This document shows positions 30,119 through 39,689 of a stretch of DNA of 64,000 bases, in pieces. The number at the start of each line of letters is the position of its first letter. Positions within the stretch are counted from its first letter, which is position 1. The notes below the pieces were generated by a model. That model saw nothing but the letters and a program-made list of their open reading frames with translations, did not search any database and was not told the origin of the DNA. The stretch is from contig JAAUZW010000033.1 in assembly GCA_014804385.1 (NCBI GenBank), forward strand, positions 8,879 to 72,878, read 5' to 3'. This DNA comes from Lachnospiraceae bacterium (GTDB lineage: Bacteria; Bacillota; Clostridia; Lachnospirales; Lachnospiraceae). A program made the position numbers and the translations under genes.

Positions 30119-32527
30119 TCATACCAGTCCAAAAGCCATCATCGTCTGCCTATCTTTGATCAGCATCTCATCCGGCAGGTGAATCTTCTCCTTCGGACAA
30201 ATGCGCACTAAGTCGTCATAAATCAATCTCGTCACCTTTGCAAAAGAACTCGCCACCACCACTGCATCGTGCTCATATTCCGGAATTTCTGACGGGGCAA
30301 TCGCCGGAAATCCCAGCTTCCTGACCTCTTCCCAATTTCTGTCAGACACGGCTACGACCTGGCAATATCCTGTTCTCTCCAGATATCGATACAGATGCTG
30401 CCCATATGTACCCATCGCATACACGATTACGCGTCCCCCCCTTTTTACTCCCGGGAAGGGGAAAAGATGATCCAATCCATCTATACCTTCATATAACGTT
30501 CCCGCCCGCGGTGTCATCAGGAAAAGAATAAACGCTCTCCACTGTTCCCGCAGATCATAAATGGCTGCTTTCTCCTCAAACACCCTGTTACCACTCTCAT
30601 ACAATAAACGAAAGCGTCTTCTTTCTGCTTCAGGCTCTCCCTCGCTTTTGATCAGGGAAGAGCCGGTCTGTCTGTAATGATACAGGCATCTATGTATGAC
30701 ATAAATACTGTCCGCCGCGAGCAGACATGGATACACACAAACAGCATCCTCGCCCATCACAATGCGTTCATCGGTTCCCATTAAAAACGGTTCTATACAT
30801 TCCCGTCGAAATAATTTATCCCACAGAACAGGAAAAATACCCCATTCAAAAAAGCTTCTATTTACGATCATACGAGGATATACCTGCTCCAGTAACGACT
30901 CCTTGTCATAATACCCTTCTTCGATGCCATGGAACACTTCTTTATGACTCTCTCCAATGTCTTCAAATCGGCCACACATGACCACATCCGCATCATTTTT
31001 TACCATCTCACGATACAGACATTCCACCATATCCGGTTCCATCCAGTCATCCGCATCCGCAAAGCCAATATACTGTCCCGCCGCCATCTGCAGTCCCGCT
31101 TTGCGGGCGCTGGTATGGCCCCCGTTCTCCTTACTGACAACTCTGATTCGTGAATCACGGCTCTGATACTGGCGGCAAATCTCCAGAGAACGATCCGTGG
31201 ATCCGTCATCCACCAGAATAATATCCAGATTTTGATAAGTCTGTGCACAAATGCTTCCGATACACTCTGCCAAATACGTCTCCGCATTATACACAGGTAC
31301 AATGATGCTTACAAGGGGTTCTCCCGTCCAATAAGCTGTGAAATTATGATGTGTCTTACGTTTGCTTTCCTCCGGCAGTTCCATCCAGTCATTGCCATAC
31401 AAATTTTCCAAATAATCACGGTATCCGCCGGGCACATTTACTGTCAAATCTTCAAACGGCATACGGAGTGTTTTGTCATACACTGCTCTCGGGGCACAAT
31501 CCCGATCTTCATAGATCGTTCCCAAAACACCCACGCAGGACGCCTGATCGAAATCATATTTCGACATATAAGCCTTTTGTCTCTCAAACCAGTCGTCAAA
31601 AACGCTAAGGTCTCCATTTCCCGCGTAAAACGCCTGCCAAATCTGTCTGTTCAGCTCCTTATATTCCGCGTAAAATAATGCTCTCTCCTGCGAGTTATCA
31701 GGCAGACCAATCAGCGGAAACAGGTCGATCCACATAGGATTTGTCTTCTGCACGGTACCGATATTCTCTAAAACAATGGTTCTTTTATCCACCACTTTAG
31801 CGAGCGGATCCGGATAATCATTGTGTCTCTCTGTACCAAAACCCACTAACCCCAGTTCTTCTGTTTCCTCAAACAGCTCCATAAATCTCTGATAATCTTC
31901 CCACGGAAGGAAAATATCAACATCGTCATCCCACGGAATATATCCTTTATGGCGAATCGTTCCCAGCAGGGTGCCGCTGCACACCCAGTAACGCAGCCCG
32001 TGTTTCCTACAAAAATCATCCACATAAGCCAGAATCCGCTTTGCTGTCAGTTTGATCTCCGGAAGAGACATCGGCACCTTGTCCCGTAAATAAGCCTCTT
32101 CTTCCGGATCGGCAAAATCAGTGACCACATAGAAATGCTCTCTCTCCCGATAGCCCATCTGCTCTAAAACAGCACATACCGCAGCCGCCTGACGGGATGC
32201 AATCAATATCAGTACGGAATCATCAAAGGGCTGCAGCCGCTCCTGCACCGTCCAGCTTTGAATCACATCATCGCGTCCGTTTAGGAAACGACAGGCAAAG
32301 TTTTCCGTATCTCTTCTGTACTGTATGACCGCCGCCCTGTCGTCAGATATATACCCTTCTATCCGCTGATAACCCAGATTAGAAAGGATCGTACGCATCG
32401 CAAATCCATACCTCTCCAGTCCGTACAGCAGCACTTTCCTGCCCTGATCCATCACACCCTTTGCGATCAGATCTTCTATCCCATCGGCAATCTGACCGAT
32501 AAAACTTTTCATTTTGTATGATCCCAT
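30119..32527 (-). CDS. Four-part protein: module, LicD-family phosphotransferase, GT2 glycosyltransferase, module
   Basis: 802 aa. The N-terminal module is RKVLLYGLERYGFAMRTIL...GYISDD. The LicD core is CSGTLLGTIRHKGYIPWDDDVDIFLPWEDY. The GT2 domain is VSIIVPVYNAETYL...ILVDDGSTDRS...ADADDW. The C-terminal module is GRVIVYAMGTYGQHLYRYL...VAVSDRN...HDAVVVAS. Confidence 0.8.
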   Translation of the reverse strand: MGSYKMKSFIGQIADGIEDLIAKGVMDQGRKVLLYGLERYGFAMRTILSNLGYQRIEGYISDDRAAVIQYRRDTENFACRFLNGRDDVIQSWTVQERLQPFDDSVLILIASRQAAAVCAVLEQMGYREREHFYVVTDFADPEEEAYLRDKVPMSLPEIKLTAKRILAYVDDFCRKHGLRYWVCSGTLLGTIRHKGYIPWDDDVDIFLPWEDYQRFMELFEETEELGLVGFGTERHNDYPDPLAKVVDKRTIVLENIGTVQKTNPMWIDLFPLIGLPDNSQERALFYAEYKELNRQIWQAFYAGNGDLSVFDDWFERQKAYMSKYDFDQASCVGVLGTIYEDRDCAPRAVYDKTLRMPFEDLTVNVPGGYRDYLENLYGNDWMELPEESKRKTHHNFTAYWTGEPLVSIIVPVYNAETYLAECIGSICAQTYQNLDIILVDDGSTDRSLEICRQYQSRDSRIRVVSKENGGHTSARKAGLQMAAGQYIGFADADDWMEPDMVECLYREMVKNDADVVMCGRFEDIGESHKEVFHGIEEGYYDKESLLEQVYPRMIVNRSFFEWGIFPVLWDKLFRRECIEPFLMGTDERIVMGEDAVCVYPCLLAADSIYVIHRCLYHYRQTGSSLIKSEGEPEAERRRFRLLYESGNRVFEEKAAIYDLREQWRAFILFLMTPRAGTLYEGIDGLDHLFPFPGVKRGGRVIVYAMGTYGQHLYRYLERTGYCQVVAVSDRNWEEVRKLGFPAIAPSEIPEYEHDAVVVASSFAKVTRLIYDDLVRICPKEKIHLPDEMLIKDRQTMMAFGLV

Positions 32528-32561
32528 ACGAATTCTCCATTTTCAGCCGCATGCGGCTCTC

Positions 32562-33680
32562 TTAAGACATCAGAAACCGCATATAATTCTCTTTATTTTC
32601 CTTTGCGGTGGTGGTGGGTCTGCCCAGATCCTCTCTGGAACCAATGGCACACTTTACCTCGATCAGCGATAAATCCCGCCTTTCTTTGGCGTTTGTCAGT
32701 TCTGTTTTTAGTGCCTCAAGGCTGGCTACCGTCACCGCATTCGGATAACCGCATACTCTCGCGATCTCCGAAAAATTCAGATTACCCATCACCGTCGGCT
32801 GACCGCCCACAGTCTCATGCGCACCGTTGTTGATGATAATATGGATCAGATTCCGTGGACGGTGATTCGCGATTACCGGCATCGCCCCCATATGCATCAA
32901 CGCTGCGCCATCCCCATCAATACACCAGATCGTCTTATCCTGTCGCTGCAACGCCACACCCAGAGCAATGGAGCTGCAATGTCCCATGGATCCTACCGTT
33001 AAAAAGTCCCTCTCATGAGACTGTCCCAACCCTGTCCTGATCTCGAACAGCTCTCTGGACGCCTTACCTGTGGTGCTGACGATCGGGTCATCACCGCTTT
33101 GCTCCACAATACACTTGATGATCTCTTCCCTGCACAGGGTATTGCCATTTTGATAAACCACCTTGCCGTCATATTGCAGGGCGCCTTTACGGACAACGAA
33201 CGCCACGTCCTTCCCCTGCTTAAGCTCTTTTTGGAAATTGTCCATGCACTGCCGCACTTCCTCATCTGAGGTCTCTTCACCAATTACATAATAGGAAATG
33301 CCCATATCTTCCAAAAGCCGACAAGTTATCTCTCCCTGATAAATGTGCTGTGGTTCGTCATGCACACCCGGCTCGCCACGCCACCCGACGACAAAAATCA
33401 TGGGAATCCCATAGACCTTATCATGCAGAAGACTCGCTACCGGATTGACAATATTACCCTCACCGCTATTTTGCATATACACCACAGGAACCTTGCCTGT
33501 CGCCAAATGATATCCGGCCGCCAACGCCACGCAATTCCCCTCGTTTGCCGCAATGATATGATGGCTGGAATCAATGCCGTAAGTATTCATGAGATAATTA
33601 CACAGCGCTTTGAGTTGACTGTCCGGCACTCCCGTGTAAAAATCCGCCCCCAAAACACTCACAAATTCTTCAACTTTCAA
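32562..33680 (-). CDS. Phosphonopyruvate decarboxylase (ThDP-dependent)
   Basis: 372 aa. The N-terminus FYTGVPDSQLKALCNYL and the ThDP motif IDGDGAALMHMGAM...NNGAHETVGGQ are typical of Ppd/AepY. It is clustered with PEP mutase. Confidence 0.8.
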   Translation of the reverse strand: MKVEEFVSVLGADFYTGVPDSQLKALCNYLMNTYGIDSSHHIIAANEGNCVALAAGYHLATGKVPVVYMQNSGEGNIVNPVASLLHDKVYGIPMIFVVGWRGEPGVHDEPQHIYQGEITCRLLEDMGISYYVIGEETSDEEVRQCMDNFQKELKQGKDVAFVVRKGALQYDGKVVYQNGNTLCREEIIKCIVEQSGDDPIVSTTGKASRELFEIRTGLGQSHERDFLTVGSMGHCSSIALGVALQRQDKTIWCIDGDGAALMHMGAMPVIANHRPRNLIHIIINNGAHETVGGQPTVMGNLNFSEIARVCGYPNAVTVASLEALKTELTNAKERRDLSLIEVKCAIGSREDLGRPTTTAKENKENYMRFLMS

Positions 33681-34824
33681 TGTCGCTCCTCCCTATCTTT
33701 CGGTATATCTGTTCCAAGGTTTCCTTATCTAACGCAACCGGATGGTTTTGCAGTCTCGTCAGATTAACCGATTTAGTCAATATCATATAATCCTCTTCTC
33801 TTATTACCGGCGCCTGCAGTTCCAGCCTCTCCACCAAGGTAAAAAATGACCTCGCAGCCGCCTGCGGCCCGTCGCATCCCATAGCGTTTGCCAGCCCGTC
33901 AAAAACCTGCGCCAGATGCTCTCGTCCTCTCGCATCAATACATTGATCACCGTGTGAAAGCATCCATGACCAGAGTTCTCTCACGCACAGCGCCGCCGCA
34001 TGTCCATGCGCGATACCGTATAAGCTGGTCAGTTTATAGCACATTGCATGTCCTGCGGTCGTCTGCGTTATATTGATGGCTCTGCCCGCCATATTCGCGG
34101 CTTTTAGCATGCCGACATTGCCCTCCTGCTCATTGCCGAGATAGCTGTCCAGATAATGCAGGATCATGCGGATTACTTCCACGGACAACCTCCTGCTCTC
34201 CTCCGTACTTTTGATTGACCAGTAGGATTCCACAGCATGACAAAACGCATCCAGCATCGCCGCTTTCCGATGATAAGGCGGTAATGTTCTTAATGCCTCC
34301 GGATCCACCAAAACCGCATCCGGTATGCAGCTCTCATGCGCTACGGACTGCTTTTCTCCCTCATAATAGATCACCGCAAACCTGGTAGCCTCCGATCCTG
34401 TCCCTGCTGTGGTCGGTACTGCCAGAAACGGAATATCATTCGAAATGATCTCCTGCTCTAAATAGCATACATTGTGATCCATTCCGCTGTAGAGTTTGAT
34501 ACATTTTGCAACATCCATAGCGCTGCCGCCACCCACCGCAGCAATCGCGTCCGCATCGGATTCCAGGAAAGCATTTACACCGGCCACGACGGATTCATAA
34601 GTCGGATTCGGCTGAAAAGCACTGAAACGCACCACCTGAATCCCCAGCCGTTTCTCCAGCGTCTCAAAATACCGGTCGATCCTCATCTTCCTGATTGAAG
34701 CGCCGCATACCAGAAACAGGCATTTGTGCACAGATGCCTTCATCCATTCGTCCAGATAGGCATAATCATCTGCCGCATCCAGCACCACTTGATTTGAATT
34801 CTGCCGCATACTATCTTCCCGCAT
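33670..34824 (-). CDS. Iron-containing (group III) alcohol dehydrogenase, putative phosphonoacetaldehyde reductase
   Basis: 384 aa with the Fe-ADH fold (AVGGGSAMDVAK, metal-binding His region HAVESYW...HGHAAAL). It sits between PEP mutase and Ppd where AEP clusters carry a transaminase. The substrate is inferred from context. Confidence 0.6.
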   Translation of the reverse strand: MREDSMRQNSNQVVLDAADDYAYLDEWMKASVHKCLFLVCGASIRKMRIDRYFETLEKRLGIQVVRFSAFQPNPTYESVVAGVNAFLESDADAIAAVGGGSAMDVAKCIKLYSGMDHNVCYLEQEIISNDIPFLAVPTTAGTGSEATRFAVIYYEGEKQSVAHESCIPDAVLVDPEALRTLPPYHRKAAMLDAFCHAVESYWSIKSTEESRRLSVEVIRMILHYLDSYLGNEQEGNVGMLKAANMAGRAINITQTTAGHAMCYKLTSLYGIAHGHAAALCVRELWSWMLSHGDQCIDARGREHLAQVFDGLANAMGCDGPQAAARSFFTLVERLELQAPVIREEDYMILTKSVNLTRLQNHPVALDKETLEQIYRKIGRSDIES

Positions 34825-36842
34825 TAATCTTCCTCCGGTATCAGACGGATAATCTCCTTAAACGGCATCAGCATCTTATCGCATTCCTGCGCTCTGTGAT
34901 TTTCCAGAATCATAGTCGCCGCCTGCTGAATGGCAGGAACCGTCGCTCTGAGTAACTGATTGGCATAAATCACAACGTTAACGCCCCGTTTTTTGAATTC
35001 TTCCTCCGTGACAGAATTAAAGCTAGTCGGCACCACCACCAGATAAGCATATTTCTCTCTGGCGCGGAATTTCTCCACAAACTCAAATATCTCATCAGGA
35101 TCCTTTTTCCTGCTGTGGATCATGATCGCGTCAGCGCCCGCTTCACAGAACGCAAACGCCCTATCCAAAGCATCCTGCATCCCCTGCTCTAAGATCAAGC
35201 TCTCTATTCTGGCACAGATCATAAACTCCTGGGTCTTCTGCGCCTTCTTCCCGGCACGAATCTTTTCGCAGAAATGTTCTATATCATCCTGCTGCTGTGA
35301 CACTTCCGTGCCAAACAGACTATTGCGCTTTAACCCAATCTTATCCTCAATAATGATCATCGACACGCCGAGACGTTCCAGTGTCCTGACTGTATACACA
35401 AAATGTTCCGTCTTACCGCCGGTGTCCCCGTCAAAGATGATGGGTTTCGTAGTCACCTCCATCAGATCCTCTATCGTGCGGAAGCGGCTGGTCATATCCA
35501 CCAGTTCAATATCCGGTTTCCCCTTGACCGTGGAATCACAAAGACTCGACAGCCACATGGCGTCAAACTGACGGGCGCAGCCATCCTGCCAGACTACCGT
35601 GTTTTCCACCACCAATCCCGTCAGCCCATCGTGAGCCTCCATGACCGTCACGAGCCCCTTCATTTTCAGTTCTTTTCTCAGCCGTCCTCTGCGGATATCG
35701 GGCATAGCCACAGCTGCCCTTGTCCTCGCATCCAGCTCTTTATATTTTTCATCCTCCGCATAGGGAAATTCCACCAATTTCCCGCCATAGGAAGCCAAAA
35801 CAGAGGCCGCCTCATCCCGGATCGGTTTCTGAAAACCTTTCCGCCAGTCGTCCCCGTGTACCACATAAGCGGGCTTATATTTCTCCAGATTTTCACGATA
35901 CGATAGTGTCTCCTGTTTCACAACACGGTAAACGTTTGCGATATTCTCAAACAGCGCTTTCCGCTCTGAAAAAGGTACAAGCGGGAACCGTTTGAAAGAG
36001 GCAACCGCCTCATCCGAGAGAACACCTACGATCACTTTCCCCATTCTCCCGGCCCGGCGGATCAATTCTATATGACCCGAGTGTAAGATATCCGTGCTAA
36101 AGCACATATAAACCGTCCTGCGCTCCACTTCCTCCAGTCTGTTGCTCACGATCGCAAGATCCTGCGCATCATCGATCTCCGCGCACAGCATATCTTCCAC
36201 ATCCATCGGCACAATGTTGCATTTGCTCGTTACAAGGTTAAGCGCATTCTCCGCGTAGCATTTTCTTTTCTGCTCATCACCGCTCTCACAGAATTCCACT
36301 ATCTTTTCCAGCCAGATCTTCCAATCCTGCCGGTTTAACTTATAAAGTGGCTGTGCCGCCATGGCATTCTGGAACAGATCGACCCCCACCCCAGTAATAT
36401 GTCCACCCTGCACCACCGCCTTAAAATCCTTTGCCGGAAGCGGCAGGGTACTGCTGACTGTCATGCAGCTTAACTCACACGCCATCACCCTGTCAAGCAC
36501 CTGATTTTCAAACACAAGGTCACCGTGCATCAATATCAGGTCGTCATCCAGAAACTCACGGGCCAGATAAATACTGTAAATATAATTGGTCTCCCGGTAG
36601 ACCGGATTCTTCACATACGTGATGGAAAGCGGCATCTGCAGACTCTGACAATACTTCACGAGAGTATCATCAAACAATCCCGTTGTGATCACCACTTCCT
36701 CTATGCCGGCCTCCATGACCATCCTCAGCTGTCTGGACAGAATGGTCTCCCTGGAACTGATCTCCGTCATACATTTGGGCTGCTCTGCCGTCAATACCCC
36801 CATGCGGCTGCCTAATCCTGAATTTAAAATCAACGCTTTCAT
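34824..36842 (-). CDS. Triple fusion: LicC/PntC-like nucleotidyltransferase, HxGH cytidylyltransferase, phosphoenolpyruvate mutase
   Basis: 672 aa. Residues 1 to about 235 read MKALILNSGLGSRMG...KCM...NPVYRETNYIYS. Residues about 240-370 read VYMCFSTDILHSGHIELIRRAGRMG (HxGH). Residues about 385-672 read VMEAHDGLTGLV...IIEDKIGLKRNSLFG (PepM/isocitrate-lyase superfamily signature). Confidence 0.85.
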   Translation of the reverse strand: MKALILNSGLGSRMGVLTAEQPKCMTEISSRETILSRQLRMVMEAGIEEVVITTGLFDDTLVKYCQSLQMPLSITYVKNPVYRETNYIYSIYLAREFLDDDLILMHGDLVFENQVLDRVMACELSCMTVSSTLPLPAKDFKAVVQGGHITGVGVDLFQNAMAAQPLYKLNRQDWKIWLEKIVEFCESGDEQKRKCYAENALNLVTSKCNIVPMDVEDMLCAEIDDAQDLAIVSNRLEEVERRTVYMCFSTDILHSGHIELIRRAGRMGKVIVGVLSDEAVASFKRFPLVPFSERKALFENIANVYRVVKQETLSYRENLEKYKPAYVVHGDDWRKGFQKPIRDEAASVLASYGGKLVEFPYAEDEKYKELDARTRAAVAMPDIRRGRLRKELKMKGLVTVMEAHDGLTGLVVENTVVWQDGCARQFDAMWLSSLCDSTVKGKPDIELVDMTSRFRTIEDLMEVTTKPIIFDGDTGGKTEHFVYTVRTLERLGVSMIIIEDKIGLKRNSLFGTEVSQQQDDIEHFCEKIRAGKKAQKTQEFMICARIESLILEQGMQDALDRAFAFCEAGADAIMIHSRKKDPDEIFEFVEKFRAREKYAYLVVVPTSFNSVTEEEFKKRGVNVVIYANQLLRATVPAIQQAATMILENHRAQECDKMLMPFKEIIRLIPEED

Positions 36843-37735
36843 TTTTCATCCTGCCTTTCGCCGTTTTCCGCCCGGTCCAGCCTTGTCAAATACTCCTTAT
36901 AGGAGATTTCCGTATCAAATATGAGCCCGGTATGTATTGCTGTCCCGATCTCATATCTTTTCCAGGCACCGTAAGTGCTTCTCAGAATGTTGCGGTACCC
37001 CTTGGGCACACGAATCTGCAGATTCTCATACGGCATCCATTCCGTTTCTTCGTAATCACTGACATTCCTGATTCCATAGCTGCTGCCCCTGTAGAAAGAG
37101 AGCATGGCGATCTTCTTACTGCCCGATCCGTTATATCGGCAAATGTGCTCCTCGAATTCCTGAAAGTACGGGTTGACGCTCTTCGGATCCGTTTTGAGCA
37201 CCTGGTCTGCATATTTTAAACTCTTCTTCCACAGATCCCGCAGTCTGCTGACAAATTCCAACCCTTCTGCCGCCGGCGGCAATTCATCCAACGGAAAAAT
37301 ATCGATAAAGATCCCTTGATTGACCGGCAGCCTTAAATCCAGTTCATCTTCCATTATGGCAGTGGTCTCACTGTTGCGCAGCTTGGCCGACCCCCTCCTC
37401 ATACCCGCATCCGAATGCTCCGTCTGCCAGAAATAGGGGTACTTAAACTCTTCCGGCGCTATCTCGCACAGAATCCGGTAATCCTCCCGCGGCATCGTCA
37501 GATCCACGTCATCGTCCCAGGGAATGTAGCCCCCGTGCCGAACCGCCCCCAGCAAGGTCCCGCCCTCGGCATAATAGCGCAGATGATGCTTTTCACACAC
37601 ATTCATAAACAGCTGCAGCAGATCCATCTGCACTGCCCATATTTTTTTCATGTCCGCGGACACGACATAACCGCCATCCCGCGTCTCTTCCTCATAAAAA
37701 GTCTCCGGCAGACTGATATGTTGTAAATTCAGCAT
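36839..37735 (-). CDS. LicD-family phosphotransferase
   Basis: 298 aa. GGTLLGAVRHGGYIPWDDDVDLTMPREDY is the LicD signature. Its stop overlaps the next gene's start by 4 nt. Confidence 0.8.
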   Translation of the reverse strand: MLNLQHISLPETFYEEETRDGGYVVSADMKKIWAVQMDLLQLFMNVCEKHHLRYYAEGGTLLGAVRHGGYIPWDDDVDLTMPREDYRILCEIAPEEFKYPYFWQTEHSDAGMRRGSAKLRNSETTAIMEDELDLRLPVNQGIFIDIFPLDELPPAAEGLEFVSRLRDLWKKSLKYADQVLKTDPKSVNPYFQEFEEHICRYNGSGSKKIAMLSFYRGSSYGIRNVSDYEETEWMPYENLQIRVPKGYRNILRSTYGAWKRYEIGTAIHTGLIFDTEISYKEYLTRLDRAENGERQDEK

Positions 37736-37739
37736 GTTC

Positions 37740-38426
37740 TCACCTCACCACACTCCAAACATCTATAATCGGACAGTCTACGATGTCCATCAGCTCCTCC
37801 TCCAGATAGATGTAACGCGCCTGATCCGCCACCACGATAGCATCTGCGGCCCCGGACACTTCCTGCAGATTCCCCGCTCTCATTTCCATGACAATACTGG
37901 AACCGTCGATCTCCTGCTCCAGCCAGTCCGCCAGCACGCCCTCTCCATAAAACTGAATCCGCCTTAGGTCATTGCTGAGAAAATATTCCGCAAACTGTCT
38001 GCCCTGTTTCTTCCTGCGCTTCCCCCGTTCCAGAACGACAGCCTCCGCCCAGCCCGGTACCATCAGGATTCTCTCGTCAAACAGCAGCCGCGGTCCGTAA
38101 AACAACGGCATGACAATATCTTTTAGAGCTACGCCATCCCCCAGTAACTGTGTCAAAACAGCTTCCTGAATCGGCCAATCCGCCACTCCCAGCACAAAAA
38201 GATAATTCTTTTTCGGAAGCTCCCTATAAGGAATAACCGGAAACCCATGATACTCTGTTCCTTTCAATGCCTGGTTATTGTCGCAGATACACGTCGGCAC
38301 AATATGCCTTTGCAGCAGTTCATTCACTATATGTTTACCAAACATCCCTGCCCCAAATACAATTGCCTCCCTACCGTCTGTATGCACTTCATCCAAATCA
38401 AACGTTAATCCTGTCTCTATGCCCAT
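37740..38426 (-). CDS. Protein made of two tandem Rossmann-like modules, no catalytic domain recognised
   Basis: 228 aa. The first module is EAIVFGAGMFGKHIVNELL...CICDNN...YLFVLGV. The second, more degenerate module is IQFYGEGVLADWLEQEI...ADAIVVAD...CPIIDVWSV. Confidence 0.65.
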   Translation of the reverse strand: MGIETGLTFDLDEVHTDGREAIVFGAGMFGKHIVNELLQRHIVPTCICDNNQALKGTEYHGFPVIPYRELPKKNYLFVLGVADWPIQEAVLTQLLGDGVALKDIVMPLFYGPRLLFDERILMVPGWAEAVVLERGKRRKKQGRQFAEYFLSNDLRRIQFYGEGVLADWLEQEIDGSSIVMEMRAGNLQEVSGAADAIVVADQARYIYLEEELMDIVDCPIIDVWSVVR

Positions 38427-38429
38427 ACA

Positions 38430-39650
38430 TTACCTTTCCCATGCCTTGATACAGGCATTTTTTATTGATTCCACATCATCCGGAAAGCCGTCTGACAGTC
38501 GCAAAATCTTATCATCAGGAATCCCTTGCTCTTTTATCCATGAAGCAATCTGTTTTGATACCCGCTCATCTAACACAGCCACAACCACCTTGTCAAACTC
38601 CTTTGTGAGAAAACTGTCTATGGCATCCACCAGCACCCCCTGCGCTCTCCGATTTTGCCAATCCGCATCCACCCACGCCACGATCTCCACTTGCTGCTGC
38701 TCTAAATACTCTCTGAGCTTTTTGCCGCAATCTCCTGCCCCATAGAGAACGATCCGGTCCGAACGCTTTGCCCCACCGCTAAACGGCGCTAAAACACCTC
38801 CATTAGTGAATATGTCATCAAAAAAAGTCATATCCTTATTCCAATAATACCTTTTTACATCCAACCAGAACAGTGTTTCATAGACGTCCCAACTCTCCGT
38901 ATCCATGATCCGCTGACAGCTTTCCATCCTAAGACGTATGTCCAAGAGTTTTTCCAATATTTCCCGCTTTCTGTGTGTCACAGAAGCATCCCACTGCCTG
39001 TAGTGGTAACCGCCCCGTTCTAAAAGCACCACCTTGTCCGCCCGGCTCACGGCGCCAAACACAGCCACAGAATCTTCGCTCACCAGAATCCTGTCATCTA
39101 CCAGTGGCATAATTTCTGCCAGCAATTCTTTCTTAAACAGCTTTGACCACAGGCTTCTGGACAGCTCTTTCGGCGCAAACAGCCGTTCCTTTGCTACGCA
39201 GCGAAGTAGAGCTTTTCCTGTATACACTCCGACCGGACACCCGTATTTCATCTGTCTGGTTATTTCAAGGTGCTCTAAAAAAGTAGACTGCACACAGACC
39301 ATATCGATACTTTCATCCGTCACTGCCTCTGCGAACTTTTCATAATAATCCGCATCTATCCAGTCATCCGCATCTATAAACCCCACATACTCACCCGATG
39401 CCATACGCAGCCCTGCTTTGCGTGCGCTGGTGTGCCCGCCGTTATCCTGATGAAGCAGTTTGATGCGTGAATCCTGTTCTTTGTACCGGCTGCAGATTTC
39501 AAAAGAGCGGTCTGTCGAGCCGTCATCCACCAGAATGATCTCCAATTTTTGGTATGTCTGCTTACAGATACTCTCTATACATTCCGGCAGATATGGCTCT
39601 GCATTATAAATTGGCACGATAATACTGATCAAAGGATTTAAGCTCTCCAT
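38430..39650 (-). CDS. GT2 glycosyltransferase with C-terminal Rossmann-like module
   Basis: 406 aa. ISIIVPIYNAEPYL...ILVDDGSTDRS...IDADDW closely parallels the GT2 part of the 802-aa protein. The C-terminus is DRIVLYGAGDCGKKLREYL...VAWVDAD...FDKVVVAV. Confidence 0.8.
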   Translation of the reverse strand: MESLNPLISIIVPIYNAEPYLPECIESICKQTYQKLEIILVDDGSTDRSFEICSRYKEQDSRIKLLHQDNGGHTSARKAGLRMASGEYVGFIDADDWIDADYYEKFAEAVTDESIDMVCVQSTFLEHLEITRQMKYGCPVGVYTGKALLRCVAKERLFAPKELSRSLWSKLFKKELLAEIMPLVDDRILVSEDSVAVFGAVSRADKVVLLERGGYHYRQWDASVTHRKREILEKLLDIRLRMESCQRIMDTESWDVYETLFWLDVKRYYWNKDMTFFDDIFTNGGVLAPFSGGAKRSDRIVLYGAGDCGKKLREYLEQQQVEIVAWVDADWQNRRAQGVLVDAIDSFLTKEFDKVVVAVLDERVSKQIASWIKEQGIPDDKILRLSDGFPDDVESIKNACIKAWER

Positions 39651-39689
39651 GACAAATCCTTTCCTTCCCTAATAACGCCTGGTTTCTCA

